A model generated the notes under the pieces. It saw nothing but the letters and a program-made list of their open reading frames with translations. It was not told the origin of the DNA and made no database searches. Position numbers and translations under genes: made by a program. A stretch of 64,000 bases of DNA from a virus (lineage: Duplodnaviria; Caudoviricetes): IMG/VR virus record IMGVR_UViG_2840949845_000002, positions 1 to 64,000 of that record. One strand, given 5' to 3'. Positions 19,531-29,375 of this stretch are shown in pieces (the first letter of the stretch is position 1; every line of letters begins with the position of its first letter).

Positions 19531-21176
19531 TGGGCGTCCGGTTTCTTCGGCGGCGCCGCCGCCTGGTTGGCGGGAATGTTCATCTTCGCCCAGCTGGGCG
19601 GTTCGAGACCCCGCTCCTTGAACCCCTGCATTTCGCGGGCGCGCTGGTCGAGCACCTCCTCCCAATCCTGGCCGGTGTTTTCCGCGCACTCCTCTTCCAA
19701 GGTGCTGAGCGCGGCGTCCATCCCGAGAACCGCGCCCTGCTTTTCGGCCACCGGATCGATCCAACCTCGGCCCGGCCCCATCCAGCGGCATCGGCTGTAC
19801 GCGCCACGGGCGTCGAGGTAGTCGGGGACGACGCCGGACGGCATCGGCAGGTTATCGACCTCCATGGCTTCCTCCAGCCAGGCGGCGTAGACCTTCGAGG
19901 CGAATCCCACGGCAAAGTCGGTGCGACGCCGCGTCAGCGTCTTCCACGCTTCAAGGAGGGCGGCGCGGGCGCTGGAATAATTGACGTCCGACCAATCGTT
20001 GCTGAGCTGCTGCGCGCTGATGCCGATCCCAGCGGCGGCGTTGCGCAACACCGCCCCCTCGAACGCCGCGAAGTTGCTGGTGGGGCGGGCCGCCGCCACC
20101 GTGTTGATGGATTCGCCGGGGAACAGGATCGGCATCCGGACCCCGCCCAGCGCCGTGCGGCGTTCCTTGTGGTAGTCGGCGCGGGCGTCCTGGTAGGCCC
20201 CGACGCCATCCCCAGCGCCGAGGGCGTCCTGCACCACCGACGGGTCGTGCGGGCTGGTGATGTAGGCGCCGAAAATCGCGTTGACGATCGCGGCGTCCAG
20301 CTCGGTGCCATCATATTTGATGAGCATTTTGAGCCGCTGGATCACCGGGGTCAGCACCCCGGCGCCGCCGCGATGCTGCTCGCCCCGCTCCGCGTCAAAG
20401 TCATGGACGATGAGCGGGCGCCCCCAATCGGTTTCGCGTGGGATGCGCGACCAGGCGACGCTGTCGCTTCCCGAATACCAATCATTCTGATGGGCCTTGC
20501 GGACGTGGTAGGCGACCGCCGCCCCATGTTCGTCAATCTCGACGCCGCCGCGCAGATGGCGCTGGTCAAACTGCATCTGCGGGTTGGACAGCCGGTCCGG
20601 GTCGATCAGCTGCACCACGGTGCAATATTTCGCTCGACCGCGCCCAATCCGCTCCGGCATCCACGGCAGGCCGGCCAGGGCGTCGCCATCGACCAGCTTG
20701 TGTCGGAACGCCAGACGGAGCAGCTGCGCCATGCTGCGTTGCCGCTGCGCGTCGCAGTAATGACCAGGATCGTCCGCCCACGTGCGCCAGCCCGCTTCCA
20801 CCGCGCGCCCAAACGCGTCGGCCCAGGCCGCGTCGAATCCCTTGTTGCCGGTCATCAGGGCGAGCGCCCGGTAATCGGGCTTGGCGATCGGTCGGAAGGT
20901 CGCGCCGACCGCGTTGTCCAGAATGCGGGTGACGGCTCCAGAGGCCCAGCCGTCGTTGCGCACCAGGTCCCGCACCCGCGACACGATGCGGTCGCGGTAC
21001 GGGGTCAGGTCGCTGTCCGCAGAGCCAAGATAGGGCTGCCACGCGGCCAGATGCTCGCCCTGGGTGTCGGCGGCGTCGTAGGGGGTCGAACCGCCACCGG
21101 CCAGCATCGAGGCGCGCCGGGGCGGCGCGGACAGCGGCGTGACGCCGTCCGGCCCGTAGAGAATGACGTTGGTCAT
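19527..21176 (-). CDS. Portal protein, lambda gpB family
   Basis: RVRDLVRNDGWA, DWSDVNYSSARAALLE, GRGWIDPVAE. Confidence 0.93.
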   Translation of the reverse strand: MTNVILYGPDGVTPLSAPPRRASMLAGGGSTPYDAADTQGEHLAAWQPYLGSADSDLTPYRDRIVSRVRDLVRNDGWASGAVTRILDNAVGATFRPIAKPDYRALALMTGNKGFDAAWADAFGRAVEAGWRTWADDPGHYCDAQRQRSMAQLLRLAFRHKLVDGDALAGLPWMPERIGRGRAKYCTVVQLIDPDRLSNPQMQFDQRHLRGGVEIDEHGAAVAYHVRKAHQNDWYSGSDSVAWSRIPRETDWGRPLIVHDFDAERGEQHRGGAGVLTPVIQRLKMLIKYDGTELDAAIVNAIFGAYITSPHDPSVVQDALGAGDGVGAYQDARADYHKERRTALGGVRMPILFPGESINTVAAARPTSNFAAFEGAVLRNAAAGIGISAQQLSNDWSDVNYSSARAALLEAWKTLTRRRTDFAVGFASKVYAAWLEEAMEVDNLPMPSGVVPDYLDARGAYSRCRWMGPGRGWIDPVAEKQGAVLGMDAALSTLEEECAENTGQDWEEVLDQRAREMQGFKERGLEPPSWAKMNIPANQAAAPPKKPDAQ

Positions 21177-21183
21177 GGCGGCC

Positions 21184-21444
21184 TTACCGATAGAGGAAGC
21201 TGACGGCTCGACGACTGGAGCCGATGCCAAGCTGACGCTGGATCGCCTGGATCAGCGCCGTGATCTGCGGCAGATCGGTCGGCTGATAGGTGATCGAGCG
21301 GGAGCCGTTGCCCTGCGCGTAGGAGACGGAGACCACTTTCTGACCGATCTGGAGGTCGATGTAGGCCTTCTGCGCGGTGGCGAGCGCGGCGCGCAATTGC
21401 GCCTCGGTCATCCCGGCCAGGATGCCGCTGGACGTGTCGATCAT
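21184..21444 (-). CDS. Head-tail adaptor, gpW family
   Basis: AQKAYIDLQIGQKVVSV...SITY between terminase and portal. Confidence 0.85.
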   Translation of the reverse strand: MIDTSSGILAGMTEAQLRAALATAQKAYIDLQIGQKVVSVSYAQGNGSRSITYQPTDLPQITALIQAIQRQLGIGSSRRAVSFLYR

Positions 21445-21454
21445 GTCAGGTCCT

Positions 21455-23560
21455 TCAGGCCAGGCGGCTGGACAGGCTGCGCCGGGGCGACGGCGGTTGC
21501 GGAACGCCCGCAACGGCGGAAACGACGGTCGCCAGGGTCGAAAAGACCGAAGCGACCTCTGCGGCCTTCACCTGCTCGGGGGTGAAGACCAGGGAATTTT
21601 CATCCCATGGCGCGGCCCAGCTCGGCGGTCGCTCCCAATTGATGCGGTTCAGGCCGTGCAGGTGCGCGACGACATGGTTGCCGACCATGGTGTCCAAGGC
21701 CTCGTTGCGCGCTGACCGGCTGTGCTTCTCCCATCGGCCCGACGGCAGCCGGATCTCGGCGACCAGCTGCTCGAACCAGGGGTGCGGCGGCGCTTTCGCC
21801 CGCAACGCCGCCGGGAAATGGACCGACCAGGGGCCGTCATCCGCCTTTTGGAGCTGACCGTTCAGGTCATCCTTGAAGGTGTTTGGGTTGAACACCGCCA
21901 CGGGCACCGTGCCGTTCGAGCCGAATTTCTTGTTCGCTTGGGCCGAGGTGTCCGGGTAGGTCACGCTCAACCGTGGCGCCATCAACGCGGAGCTGCCTTT
22001 GGTCGGGATGACCGAATAGACGTCACGCCCGGCGATCGTGCCGAACCGCTTCACCAGTTGGCGCTTCCGCCACCGCGTCCAGGCGTCATAGGCTTGCTGG
22101 CTCACGCCGGGCTGGCCGCCGGAGTCGTAGCCGACGGCGCGAAGCGCCATGTGGCGACCGGAGCCGTCAGCCAGCGGGTAGGTCTTCAGCACCACCGCCT
22201 CCACCAGCTGGTCCCAATCCTCCGGGCTGGTGGCCGGGTCGCCAGCGACCCGAAATCGGTCGATCACCCAGCTTTCCCCTTTCACGCCCCAACCCCGCAC
22301 CAGGATGTCGAAATGCGCGATTTGGACGTCCCAGAAAGCGGTGATGAAGCGGACCCCTTCCGGCACGGCGCCAAGGCGCAGATCGGTCGAGCAACGGTCG
22401 GCGATGTCCGTCCCCAGCAGAAGCCCGACGCTGCGCGGCGGGGCGTAGGGGATGCCGAACTGCTTCACGATGACCTGGCGCAGCGTCTCGTCTTCGCCGG
22501 TCATCTCGAATTCGCGCTCCGCCTTGGCCTTGGCGCGGGCGAGCGCGCCGATGCCGCCCAAAACGAAAGGCGACATCGTGCCGGTGATCCAGAACCCGGC
22601 GGTGGCGCGCCGCGCCCGTTCGCCGGTGACGACGCCGTCCTCCGCGATGGTTTGGCCGTCCCCCACCCAGCGACCGCTGGCGAGCATGCCACGGCGTTCC
22701 GCGTCGCTGATCCGGCATTGGCTGACCGGGCACAGCAAGCGGGCTTCGGCCTCGATGTCGTCGAGCGTGCCCTCCTCCGGGTAGTCCAGCGCCATGACGC
22801 GGGCCGCGATCGGCGCCGGTGACGACCAGGCCCCGCAATGCGGACAGCGCCAGTACCAGACCCGCCGGTCGCTGTCGGCGTACATGGCCATGATTCCCTC
22901 CGACCAGTCGCGGGCGGGATTCATGCCCTTGGCCTTGTCGGGGTGGCTCACGGCCAGGATCATCGACTGCCGACCGAAGGTCTGGCGGCGGATGTCCAGC
23001 AGGGCCTTGACGTCGCCCATCTCGCCATAGGCGTCGATCTCGTCGGCGACGATGCGCGGCGCGGACTTGTTGATCAGGTTGCGCTTGGTCGCAGGCAGGA
23101 ACTCCGCGCGCATGGTGCGGAAATTCTTGAAGTGCAGGCTGTCGTCGACCGACCGCGTCCCAAGGCGGGACGCCATGTCCTCATGCGCCTCGATCATCGG
23201 GTTGATGCGCGACTTGACGTAGGCCTCCACCGCCTGGTCGGTCTGCATGTACCAAAGCAGGTTGGCCGGGTCCGACGCGACGGCGTGCAGCAGCCAATTC
23301 TCCGCGATGGTGGTCTTCGCGCTCTGGCCCGGCCCGATCACGGCGACGGTCAGGTGATCCAGCGAGGTCAGGCACTCCATCGGCTCGACGACGTAGGGCA
23401 CCTGGTCGTTGCGCCATTTGCCGACAAAGCCGCCGCCCTCGTTGGCCAGCACCCGCCGCATCTCGGCGAACTCCGCCACAGTCCGACGCTCTGGGGGCTT
23501 CAGGGCGGCCAGGGCCTCCTCGGCCAAGACCCAAGCCGACGCGAACTCAGGTTCGGTCAT
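21455..23560 (-). CDS. Terminase large subunit, lambda GpA family
   Basis: GPGQSAKT Walker A, ADEID, CPHCG, RNEALDTMV. Confidence 0.93.
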   Translation of the reverse strand: MTEPEFASAWVLAEEALAALKPPERRTVAEFAEMRRVLANEGGGFVGKWRNDQVPYVVEPMECLTSLDHLTVAVIGPGQSAKTTIAENWLLHAVASDPANLLWYMQTDQAVEAYVKSRINPMIEAHEDMASRLGTRSVDDSLHFKNFRTMRAEFLPATKRNLINKSAPRIVADEIDAYGEMGDVKALLDIRRQTFGRQSMILAVSHPDKAKGMNPARDWSEGIMAMYADSDRRVWYWRCPHCGAWSSPAPIAARVMALDYPEEGTLDDIEAEARLLCPVSQCRISDAERRGMLASGRWVGDGQTIAEDGVVTGERARRATAGFWITGTMSPFVLGGIGALARAKAKAEREFEMTGEDETLRQVIVKQFGIPYAPPRSVGLLLGTDIADRCSTDLRLGAVPEGVRFITAFWDVQIAHFDILVRGWGVKGESWVIDRFRVAGDPATSPEDWDQLVEAVVLKTYPLADGSGRHMALRAVGYDSGGQPGVSQQAYDAWTRWRKRQLVKRFGTIAGRDVYSVIPTKGSSALMAPRLSVTYPDTSAQANKKFGSNGTVPVAVFNPNTFKDDLNGQLQKADDGPWSVHFPAALRAKAPPHPWFEQLVAEIRLPSGRWEKHSRSARNEALDTMVGNHVVAHLHGLNRINWERPPSWAAPWDENSLVFTPEQVKAAEVASVFSTLATVVSAVAGVPQPPSPRRSLSSRLA

Positions 23561-24218
23561 CCCGCAACGCCTTTTGAAGGTCGATCACCATTTGGCCGCG
23601 CAGATCGTCGACCAGTTCCCGCAACACCGGCAGGGCGTCCTCGTCCAGGCCGAGCCGCTTGACCATCAAGACGGGGATGCCGTCGATCCCCTTGGACAGG
23701 CGAGACAGCAGGGTGGCCAGCACCGTGCGCATCTCCTCCGCCTCCACCAACTCATCCCGAGAAAGGCGGAGCTTGTCCTCCAGCATCGCCGCCTGGGCGG
23801 CGTCCTTGCGCTGCTTGGCCGTGCTCTCACCGGCGTGCTGGGCGGGCGCTCGCCGACGCGCCGGGGGCGGGTCATCGTCGATCTCCTCCAGGTCGACATC
23901 GACATCGTCGCTCGGCGGAGGCGGCGCCGGGCGACGTGGCGGCGGTCGGGGCCGGGCGGATCGGGGAGGAGGAGCGGGTGGCTCCTCTGGATCCAGATAG
24001 GCCCGGACCGCCGCCAGATCGAACTCCCAACCACCGGCTTTCGTGCCGCGCGTCACCACCGGGAAGCGGGCGTCGGACTCCAGCCGCCGGTCCAGCTTGG
24101 GCCGGGTCCAGCCCAGCGCTTCCGCCAGGGCCGCTTTCCCGATCATCGCGGCGGGCGTGTAACGCGGCGGTGTAACGCCGGTCGATCCGGGCGTTACACG
24201 CTTCGCAGATGAGTGCAT
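23547..24218 (-). CDS. Terminase small subunit (HTH); start uncertain
   Basis: GKAALAEALGWTRP...GWEFDLAAV wHTH plus coiled coil; immediately upstream of terL. Confidence 0.75.
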   Translation of the reverse strand: MHSSAKRVTPGSTGVTPPRYTPAAMIGKAALAEALGWTRPKLDRRLESDARFPVVTRGTKAGGWEFDLAAVRAYLDPEEPPAPPPRSARPRPPPRRPAPPPPSDDVDVDLEEIDDDPPPARRRAPAQHAGESTAKQRKDAAQAAMLEDKLRLSRDELVEAEEMRTVLATLLSRLSKGIDGIPVLMVKRLGLDEDALPVLRELVDDLRGQMVIDLQKALRDDRT

Positions 24219-24348
24219 TGATTTCGCTCCGCTTTTTCCCTCCTGCGGGAGCGTGTAACGGACCGTGTAACACGTTTTTTTTGCTCAACGAGAGCCAGAG
24301 CCTGCGGTGTGCAATGCCCGCGTGTGCCAACCCCCTTGGGAAGGACCC
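24157..24348 (-). other. Putative cos packaging site (cosQ-like GGGTCCT, cosN candidate ~24309-24320, GTGTAAC repeats as cosB-like sites)
   Basis: GGGTCCT at 24342-24348 (minus) upstream of terS; five GTGTAAC/GTTACAC copies at 24157-24272. Confidence 0.5.
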
Positions 24349-24376
24349 ATTGAGGGGGGCGCCCCCTCCGGCCCCA

Positions 24377-25084
24377 TCACTTCCTTGCTGTCGCCAGAGC
24401 CGCGCCCATGGCCTTGTCGAACTCGGCCTTCAGCGAGGCCCGCACCACGTCCTTGGCCCGCTCGCTGTAGCCCAGGCGCTGCTTGACGGGCAGCGCGTCG
24501 CCGAACCGGACCAGCAGCTTCAGCCCGGTCAGCACGCCGTCCACCTTCCGCAGCTTGCCCTTGGTCCCGTAATCGCGCCAATAGCCGCGCTTGGGGTCCG
24601 CCCGCCGGTAGTCCCGCTTCGGTCGCCGCCAGACCCCGCTGACCGTCTGGCCAGAGCGGAAGTTGATGGTCCCGACGAAGGTGTCGGGCCGGGCGGCCAA
24701 CCGGCGGAGCTTGCCCTTGGGCAGGTTGCCGTACTGGTTCAGATCGACCGCCTTCGGGTTGAACAGCGTGCCGCCTCGCTTGGAAGGCGGCAGGTGATGC
24801 TGACCGCCCGTCTCGAAGGGTTCCAGATACTGCGCCGCGATGTCCTTGACGAAGACCGTGGCCGTCAAGTCCGCCTTCTTCGCCGCCGTCACGCCGATCG
24901 AGCGCTGCGTGAACAGCGTCGGTCGGTCAAAGACTTCGCTGAGAGCATCCTTTTCGGCCCTTTGGACCCGCTTCGCCACGGCGGTCAAGGCGCGGGCGGT
25001 TGCAAAGGGAATTTGCTTCTTGGCCAGATCGCTCAGCGTTGTCTGAAGCGGCTTCAGGTCCGCTTTGACATCGATGTCAAACAC
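24377..25084 (-). CDS. Phage morphogenesis/minor tail-like hypothetical protein
   Basis: KQIPFATARALTAVA...FDRPTLFT motif common upstream of cos. Confidence 0.7.
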   Translation of the reverse strand: MFDIDVKADLKPLQTTLSDLAKKQIPFATARALTAVAKRVQRAEKDALSEVFDRPTLFTQRSIGVTAAKKADLTATVFVKDIAAQYLEPFETGGQHHLPPSKRGGTLFNPKAVDLNQYGNLPKGKLRRLAARPDTFVGTINFRSGQTVSGVWRRPKRDYRRADPKRGYWRDYGTKGKLRKVDGVLTGLKLLVRFGDALPVKQRLGYSERAKDVVRASLKAEFDKAMGAALATARK

Positions 25085-25090
25085 AGCCCT

Positions 25091-25333
25091 TCACCGTTCA
25101 CCCGTGAACGATTCCGCCAGCCGGTTCCGTCGGCGGCGGTCGCGAAAATCCAAGGCCAACAGAACCAACCGGCCAAGGACGAGAACCACCGTGCCCCAGA
25201 ACGCCAGCTCCTGGGCTGGACCGCGCAGCGCGTCCAACCACAGCCCCATCGTCGAGAACAAAGCGACGATCACCCCGTCGACCGTAGCCCGACCGTTGAG
25301 ACCGTGCACCAGGTCATCCAGTTGCATGGTCAT
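25091..25333 (-). CDS. Small 2-TM membrane protein, possible holin
   Basis: Two hydrophobic segments and a basic C-terminus (RDRRRRNR). Confidence 0.5.
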   Translation of the reverse strand: MTMQLDDLVHGLNGRATVDGVIVALFSTMGLWLDALRGPAQELAFWGTVVLVLGRLVLLALDFRDRRRRNRLAESFTGER

Positions 25334-26121
25334 GCCGCATTCTCCTTGACCAGCCCGGCCAGTCGCTTCCAACCCGCCTCGAAATAGCGCTCGTCCCGCT
25401 CGACGCCGATGAAGCGGCGGCCACTCGACAGCGCCGCCTCCCCAGTCGAGGCGCTACCCGCGAAGCAGTCCAGAACGGTCTCGCCAACCGGGCACAGCGT
25501 GCCGATCAGGTCGGTCAGCAGCCCCACCGGCTTCTCCGTCGGATGCAGCCCCTTCCGCACCGGCGGATGACGCAGGATGTTGGCCATGTCGCGGCGCAGC
25601 GGCGGGTCGCCCTTGCCCTTGCTGAAATGGTGGATCAGCTCGTGCTGAAGCCGGAAATGCGTCCCCATCCCGAAATAGGTTTTGTCCCACACCAGCAGCC
25701 CGACCCGACGCAGATCGGCGCTCTCCATCGCGTCCCCGGCGGCCCCGCGCAGCCACAGATCGTCCGGCGCGCCGGGATCCACCGCGTCGGCCAAATGGTC
25801 GCCCATCCGCCAATCGATGAAGCACAGGGCGTGGCCGCCGGGCTTCAGCACGCGCCGCCATTCCAGCGCGCAGCCCCGCAGCAGATGCAGGAAGCCCCGC
25901 GTGCTGAGACTGTCCGACCCGAACCACCGGGCCGGATCGCCTTTGGTCGAGCGAGTCATGGTCTTACCTAAAGCGGTGCGTCCGGCCTCGCTCGTCGCCC
26001 CGCTTGAATAAGGCACGTCGGTCAGAACCAGCGAGACGGAAGCGTCGTCCAGTTCCCGCATCCGTTCGATGCAGTCGCCCAACATCAGCGTCGCCGCGCC
26101 AACGGTCACAGTGTGAAGCAT
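25330..26121 (-). CDS. Orphan DNA methyltransferase (N6A/N4C, beta class)
   Basis: GDCIE, DVPY (motif IV), HPTEKP, DCFAGSAST (motif I). Confidence 0.9.
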   Translation of the reverse strand: MLHTVTVGAATLMLGDCIERMRELDDASVSLVLTDVPYSSGATSEAGRTALGKTMTRSTKGDPARWFGSDSLSTRGFLHLLRGCALEWRRVLKPGGHALCFIDWRMGDHLADAVDPGAPDDLWLRGAAGDAMESADLRRVGLLVWDKTYFGMGTHFRLQHELIHHFSKGKGDPPLRRDMANILRHPPVRKGLHPTEKPVGLLTDLIGTLCPVGETVLDCFAGSASTGEAALSSGRRFIGVERDERYFEAGWKRLAGLVKENAA

Positions 26122-26165
26122 GGAGATAATCCCGGTTTGCGTGCCCGGCGATCCGCCGACGCGGA

Positions 26166-26825
26166 TCAGGCGTTGGCCAGATCGAGCGTGATCGCTCGCC
26201 ATGGCGATTCTTGGGAATCACGGCGGTAAAAGCGGACGTAGGTCTTGGTCCCCTCGACGCGGATGCTGTCGGAAATCGCGTCCATCGCCTGGCGCCACCG
26301 ATCATCCGTGATGTCGACCCGACGCAACGCGAAGATTTTCTCCCGCGACACCTGCCCCTCTTTGTCGACGGAAAAGGCGTGATCCACCAGAACGCGGATG
26401 TTCGCGTTCACCCCCTGGCTCCAATCGCCGATGCATTCGTCAATCAAACCCTTGGCGATTTGCAGTTGCGGGCCGAACGTCATGTGATCCGCGACGGCAA
26501 CCTGCACCTTGAGCTTTCCGTCCAGGCTCGTGAAGGTCATGTTTCCTTTTTTGCCGCCGCGCTTCGCTTTGTACTGATCCGTCAAAATCGCCAGGAAAGC
26601 GCCCACCTCGCTGAACACCGTCGATTTGAACGCGGCGATCAATCCCGACAGGGAATCCGCCTGATTCAGCAGATCGCGGACCAACTGGTCTTCCAGAAGA
26701 TCCTGCGCTTTCACCAGCCGCGCCGGAATCATCCGGCCCCGCGCATCCTCGTAATAATCGGGGCGCGCCACCTCCGGCGTTACACCGACCTTGACGGTTT
26801 CCAATTGTGGAGCCGACTGAGACAT
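26166..26825 (-). CDS. DUF3164 family protein
   Basis: GGKKGNMTFTSLDG...WRQAMDAISDS...KTYVRFY. Confidence 0.85.
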   Translation of the reverse strand: MSQSAPQLETVKVGVTPEVARPDYYEDARGRMIPARLVKAQDLLEDQLVRDLLNQADSLSGLIAAFKSTVFSEVGAFLAILTDQYKAKRGGKKGNMTFTSLDGKLKVQVAVADHMTFGPQLQIAKGLIDECIGDWSQGVNANIRVLVDHAFSVDKEGQVSREKIFALRRVDITDDRWRQAMDAISDSIRVEGTKTYVRFYRRDSQESPWRAITLDLANA

Positions 26826-26900
26826 CGTTGTAATCCTTGATGTTTTTCGTGATGCGCGGGCGGAGCGTGTAACGACGATTGGTCGACCGTGTAACGTTTC

Positions 26901-26930
26901 AGCTTGCGATAATCATCCTTTTCGCAAGCT
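26901..26930. other. dif/lox-like tyrosine recombinase site (12-6-12)
   Basis: AGCTTGCGATAA-TCATCC-TTTTCGCAAGCT, arms inverted with one mismatch, 33 bp past the recombinase stop. Confidence 0.65.
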
Positions 26931-26963
26931 CAGCTTTACGCTCTGAGGTGCTGAGCGGCTCCG

Positions 26964-27965
26964 TCAGTCTTCAGCGACCAAACAAGCGGTTTGACCGGCC
27001 AAATCGGCCCTGTTGTCGTCATAGCGCAGGGTCACGCGCGGGTCTCGATGACGTGCGAAACTCTGTACGGCCCGAATGTTGCCGTTTGTTGCATCCAATG
27101 CGCTGGTGATAGCGGCATGGCGCAAGCCGTGCGGTCTCGTCTGGATCCCGATATCCTCACCAAGCAGCCGCACAATCTGGTGGACAGCCGTGCCCGTCAG
27201 ACGGCCATCGCCTGCACCGGCATTGTCCAACCGGAAGAAGATTGGGCCGGGCTGACGACCGCGCACATCGATCCAACTATCCAGCGCCGCTTTGGTGGCG
27301 GCCGGCAGCGTGATCGTTTCGCGCTGGTGACGCCCTTTACCCAGAATCGACAGCGTGGCAGTTGCCGGGTCATAGTGCTCCATATTGAGGGACACCACTT
27401 CACCACGCCGCAGCGCCGTATCGTGCAACAACCGAACAATGGCAGTATCTCGCACTCCCTTGGCGTCTGCCCGATCCTGCGCATGGTTGAGGATCGCGCG
27501 CACCCCATCCCGGCCTGGGCCGCGTGTGTCGCGGTATGAGGCACCATCGACGTTCTCCACTTCAAGATCCCAGCTGACCAGGCCAATCGTGGCGCCCAGC
27601 TTGACGAGTGAACGCAGAGCAGCGAGCCGACGATTGATGGTCGCAGGTGACAGCCCACGCGCCAGCAGCGCCGACCGATAGCCGAGTGCAAGAGCGTTGG
27701 CTTGACCAGCAGAGAGGCCCAGCAGCTCGCGGGCGACACGATCAACGGTATCGGCATACACCGCCATACCAGGTTGGCCTGCGACGAATGCTCGGAAATC
27801 CTCCAGATCGCGGCGGTAAGCCGCGATGGTATTGGCCTTTCGACCGGCCAAAAAGCTGTCGATCAACCGCTCTTGCAGAGCGCCGATGGGCAAGGCATCG
27901 CCAAGCCCGACCGGCACCCTGGCAGGCACTGTACCGTCGGAGCGCGCATCAATATCATTGTGCAT
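26964..27965 (-). CDS. Xer-like tyrosine recombinase
   Basis: NTIAAYRRDL, RDTAI..LRRGE, GKG, PHGLRH, RH, RY catalytic residues. Confidence 0.92.
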   Translation of the reverse strand: MHNDIDARSDGTVPARVPVGLGDALPIGALQERLIDSFLAGRKANTIAAYRRDLEDFRAFVAGQPGMAVYADTVDRVARELLGLSAGQANALALGYRSALLARGLSPATINRRLAALRSLVKLGATIGLVSWDLEVENVDGASYRDTRGPGRDGVRAILNHAQDRADAKGVRDTAIVRLLHDTALRRGEVVSLNMEHYDPATATLSILGKGRHQRETITLPAATKAALDSWIDVRGRQPGPIFFRLDNAGAGDGRLTGTAVHQIVRLLGEDIGIQTRPHGLRHAAITSALDATNGNIRAVQSFARHRDPRVTLRYDDNRADLAGQTACLVAED

Positions 27966-28074
27966 GAGCGAATCCAGCCAGCCCAGACAGCAGAAGACCC
28001 GCGTGGCCGTAGCCAGCGGGTCTTCATTTGGGCGGAATTTGTCCGCCTCAGTATGTCAATGGATTAACTTCCTA

Positions 28075-28860
28075 TCAAGGCATTTGTTCCCACGGTCGAG
28101 CGAGCGCGAGCAACCCTGAAATCCGGTGATCCTGCAATCGACCCGCGAGCAGTCCCATCAACCGCGTCAGCCCATCGTGCCACTCGGCATAGTCGCAGTT
28201 CGTTTCGATGATCTCCGCGTCGCTGTGCTCCGGTTCCACCGGGCACCAGCGCACCAACAGCTCTCGCCCGTCGTCCACCGCGCGAAAGCGGAATCCGTTT
28301 TCCTCTTCCACCAACCGCCGACGGCCTTGCGCGTCGAACAGAGACCGACCGCAGGCCAGATAACGCGCAGCGACCTCCGACCGCAGCGGCGTCGGCTGCC
28401 ATTCCTCGGCCACTTCATGGCGGTAGCGGCCTGGCCGATCCGATGGCCGCATCGCCGCGACCAACGGCTGCTGAAGCGGCAACCAGTCCGGGCGCGTGCC
28501 GATGGAACCATGAGACCGGACCAACCGTCGTTCGCCGCTGGGCAACGCTTCAATGGCGGTTGCGACGGCCTCGGCGTCGGGGGCCAAACGTGGAGCAATC
28601 CCCCGCGTTGGCCCTTTCCCGTCCAGACGGGCGCCAATCGCCCCGATCGCTGCGACACGCACGCAGCTGTCCACGCCCCAACTGCCGGGATAGTCGGCGC
28701 CCGACAAGCGGCGGCGCTGGTTGCCGATGGCGAACTGTGCGGCGGCCTCAACCACATGCAGCGTCGCTCCATCACGCAGGGCCTTCTGGTCGCGGCACGC
28801 CCAGACCACAAGGTCTTCCAGGTCAATAGACCGCTTGGGGGAATGGCAGGCGACGGCCAT
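28075..28860 (-). CDS. Phage hypothetical protein (possible late-gene regulator)
   Basis: 261-aa ORF upstream of the late region; IDLEDLVVWA N-terminus. Confidence 0.6.
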   Translation of the reverse strand: MAVACHSPKRSIDLEDLVVWACRDQKALRDGATLHVVEAAAQFAIGNQRRRLSGADYPGSWGVDSCVRVAAIGAIGARLDGKGPTRGIAPRLAPDAEAVATAIEALPSGERRLVRSHGSIGTRPDWLPLQQPLVAAMRPSDRPGRYRHEVAEEWQPTPLRSEVAARYLACGRSLFDAQGRRRLVEEENGFRFRAVDDGRELLVRWCPVEPEHSDAEIIETNCDYAEWHDGLTRLMGLLAGRLQDHRISGLLALARPWEQMP

Positions 28861-28863
28861 GGT

Positions 28864-29160
28864 TTAAGCCGCCGTGCCCAAGGGAGCCGACTGGCTCAAC
28901 GTCGGCCCCATCAACCGCAGGATGCCCGCCACCAGGGTGTCGATGGCCTCCATCGGGATCAGGCTGGGGTCGATCCGCCCGGTGTCCTGGATGTAGCGGG
29001 CCTTGGCGAACAGATCGTCGGGCGAAACGATCTCGCCTTGGGACAAAAGACGCTCCTCGTATCCCATGATCGCGTCGACCTCTTCGGCCTCGGCGAAGGG
29101 CGCGCGCCCTTGATAGGCCATAAAGACGGGAAGCAGCGGCACGGCGGTGGACATGGACAA
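28864..29160 (-). CDS. Hypothetical protein
   Basis: 98-aa ORF with GGAGG RBS and host-like codon usage. Confidence 0.65.
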   Translation of the reverse strand: MSMSTAVPLLPVFMAYQGRAPFAEAEEVDAIMGYEERLLSQGEIVSPDDLFAKARYIQDTGRIDPSLIPMEAIDTLVAGILRLMGPTLSQSAPLGTAA

Positions 29161-29313
29161 CCTCCCGAATTTCCCGCAGCGGGTTGGAAACAGCCAGAAT
29201 CTAGGATTGTTTGCCCATAGATATTACCAATTCCTTTCGGATCATTACCATGATGGGAATTTATCTTTCTTCTGGTCTTTCAAGCCGCCGGAACCTCCTG
29301 TCAACCCACCAAT

Positions 29314-29328
29314 GTTCTTGAGAAGTTC
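29314..29328. promoter_or_regulatory. Alphaproteobacterial LexA (SOS) box
   Basis: GTTC-TTGAGAA-GTTC (GTTC-N7-GTTC) upstream of the DUF4113 ORF. Confidence 0.7.
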
Positions 29329-29375
29329 TTATTTTGAGTCATCCTGACGAACCCTGTCAGTCCACGGAGGACGCC

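Noticed and set aside
25330-26121. Restriction-modification system
   Set aside because: No adjacent endonuclease candidate; orphan phage MTases in this position are common
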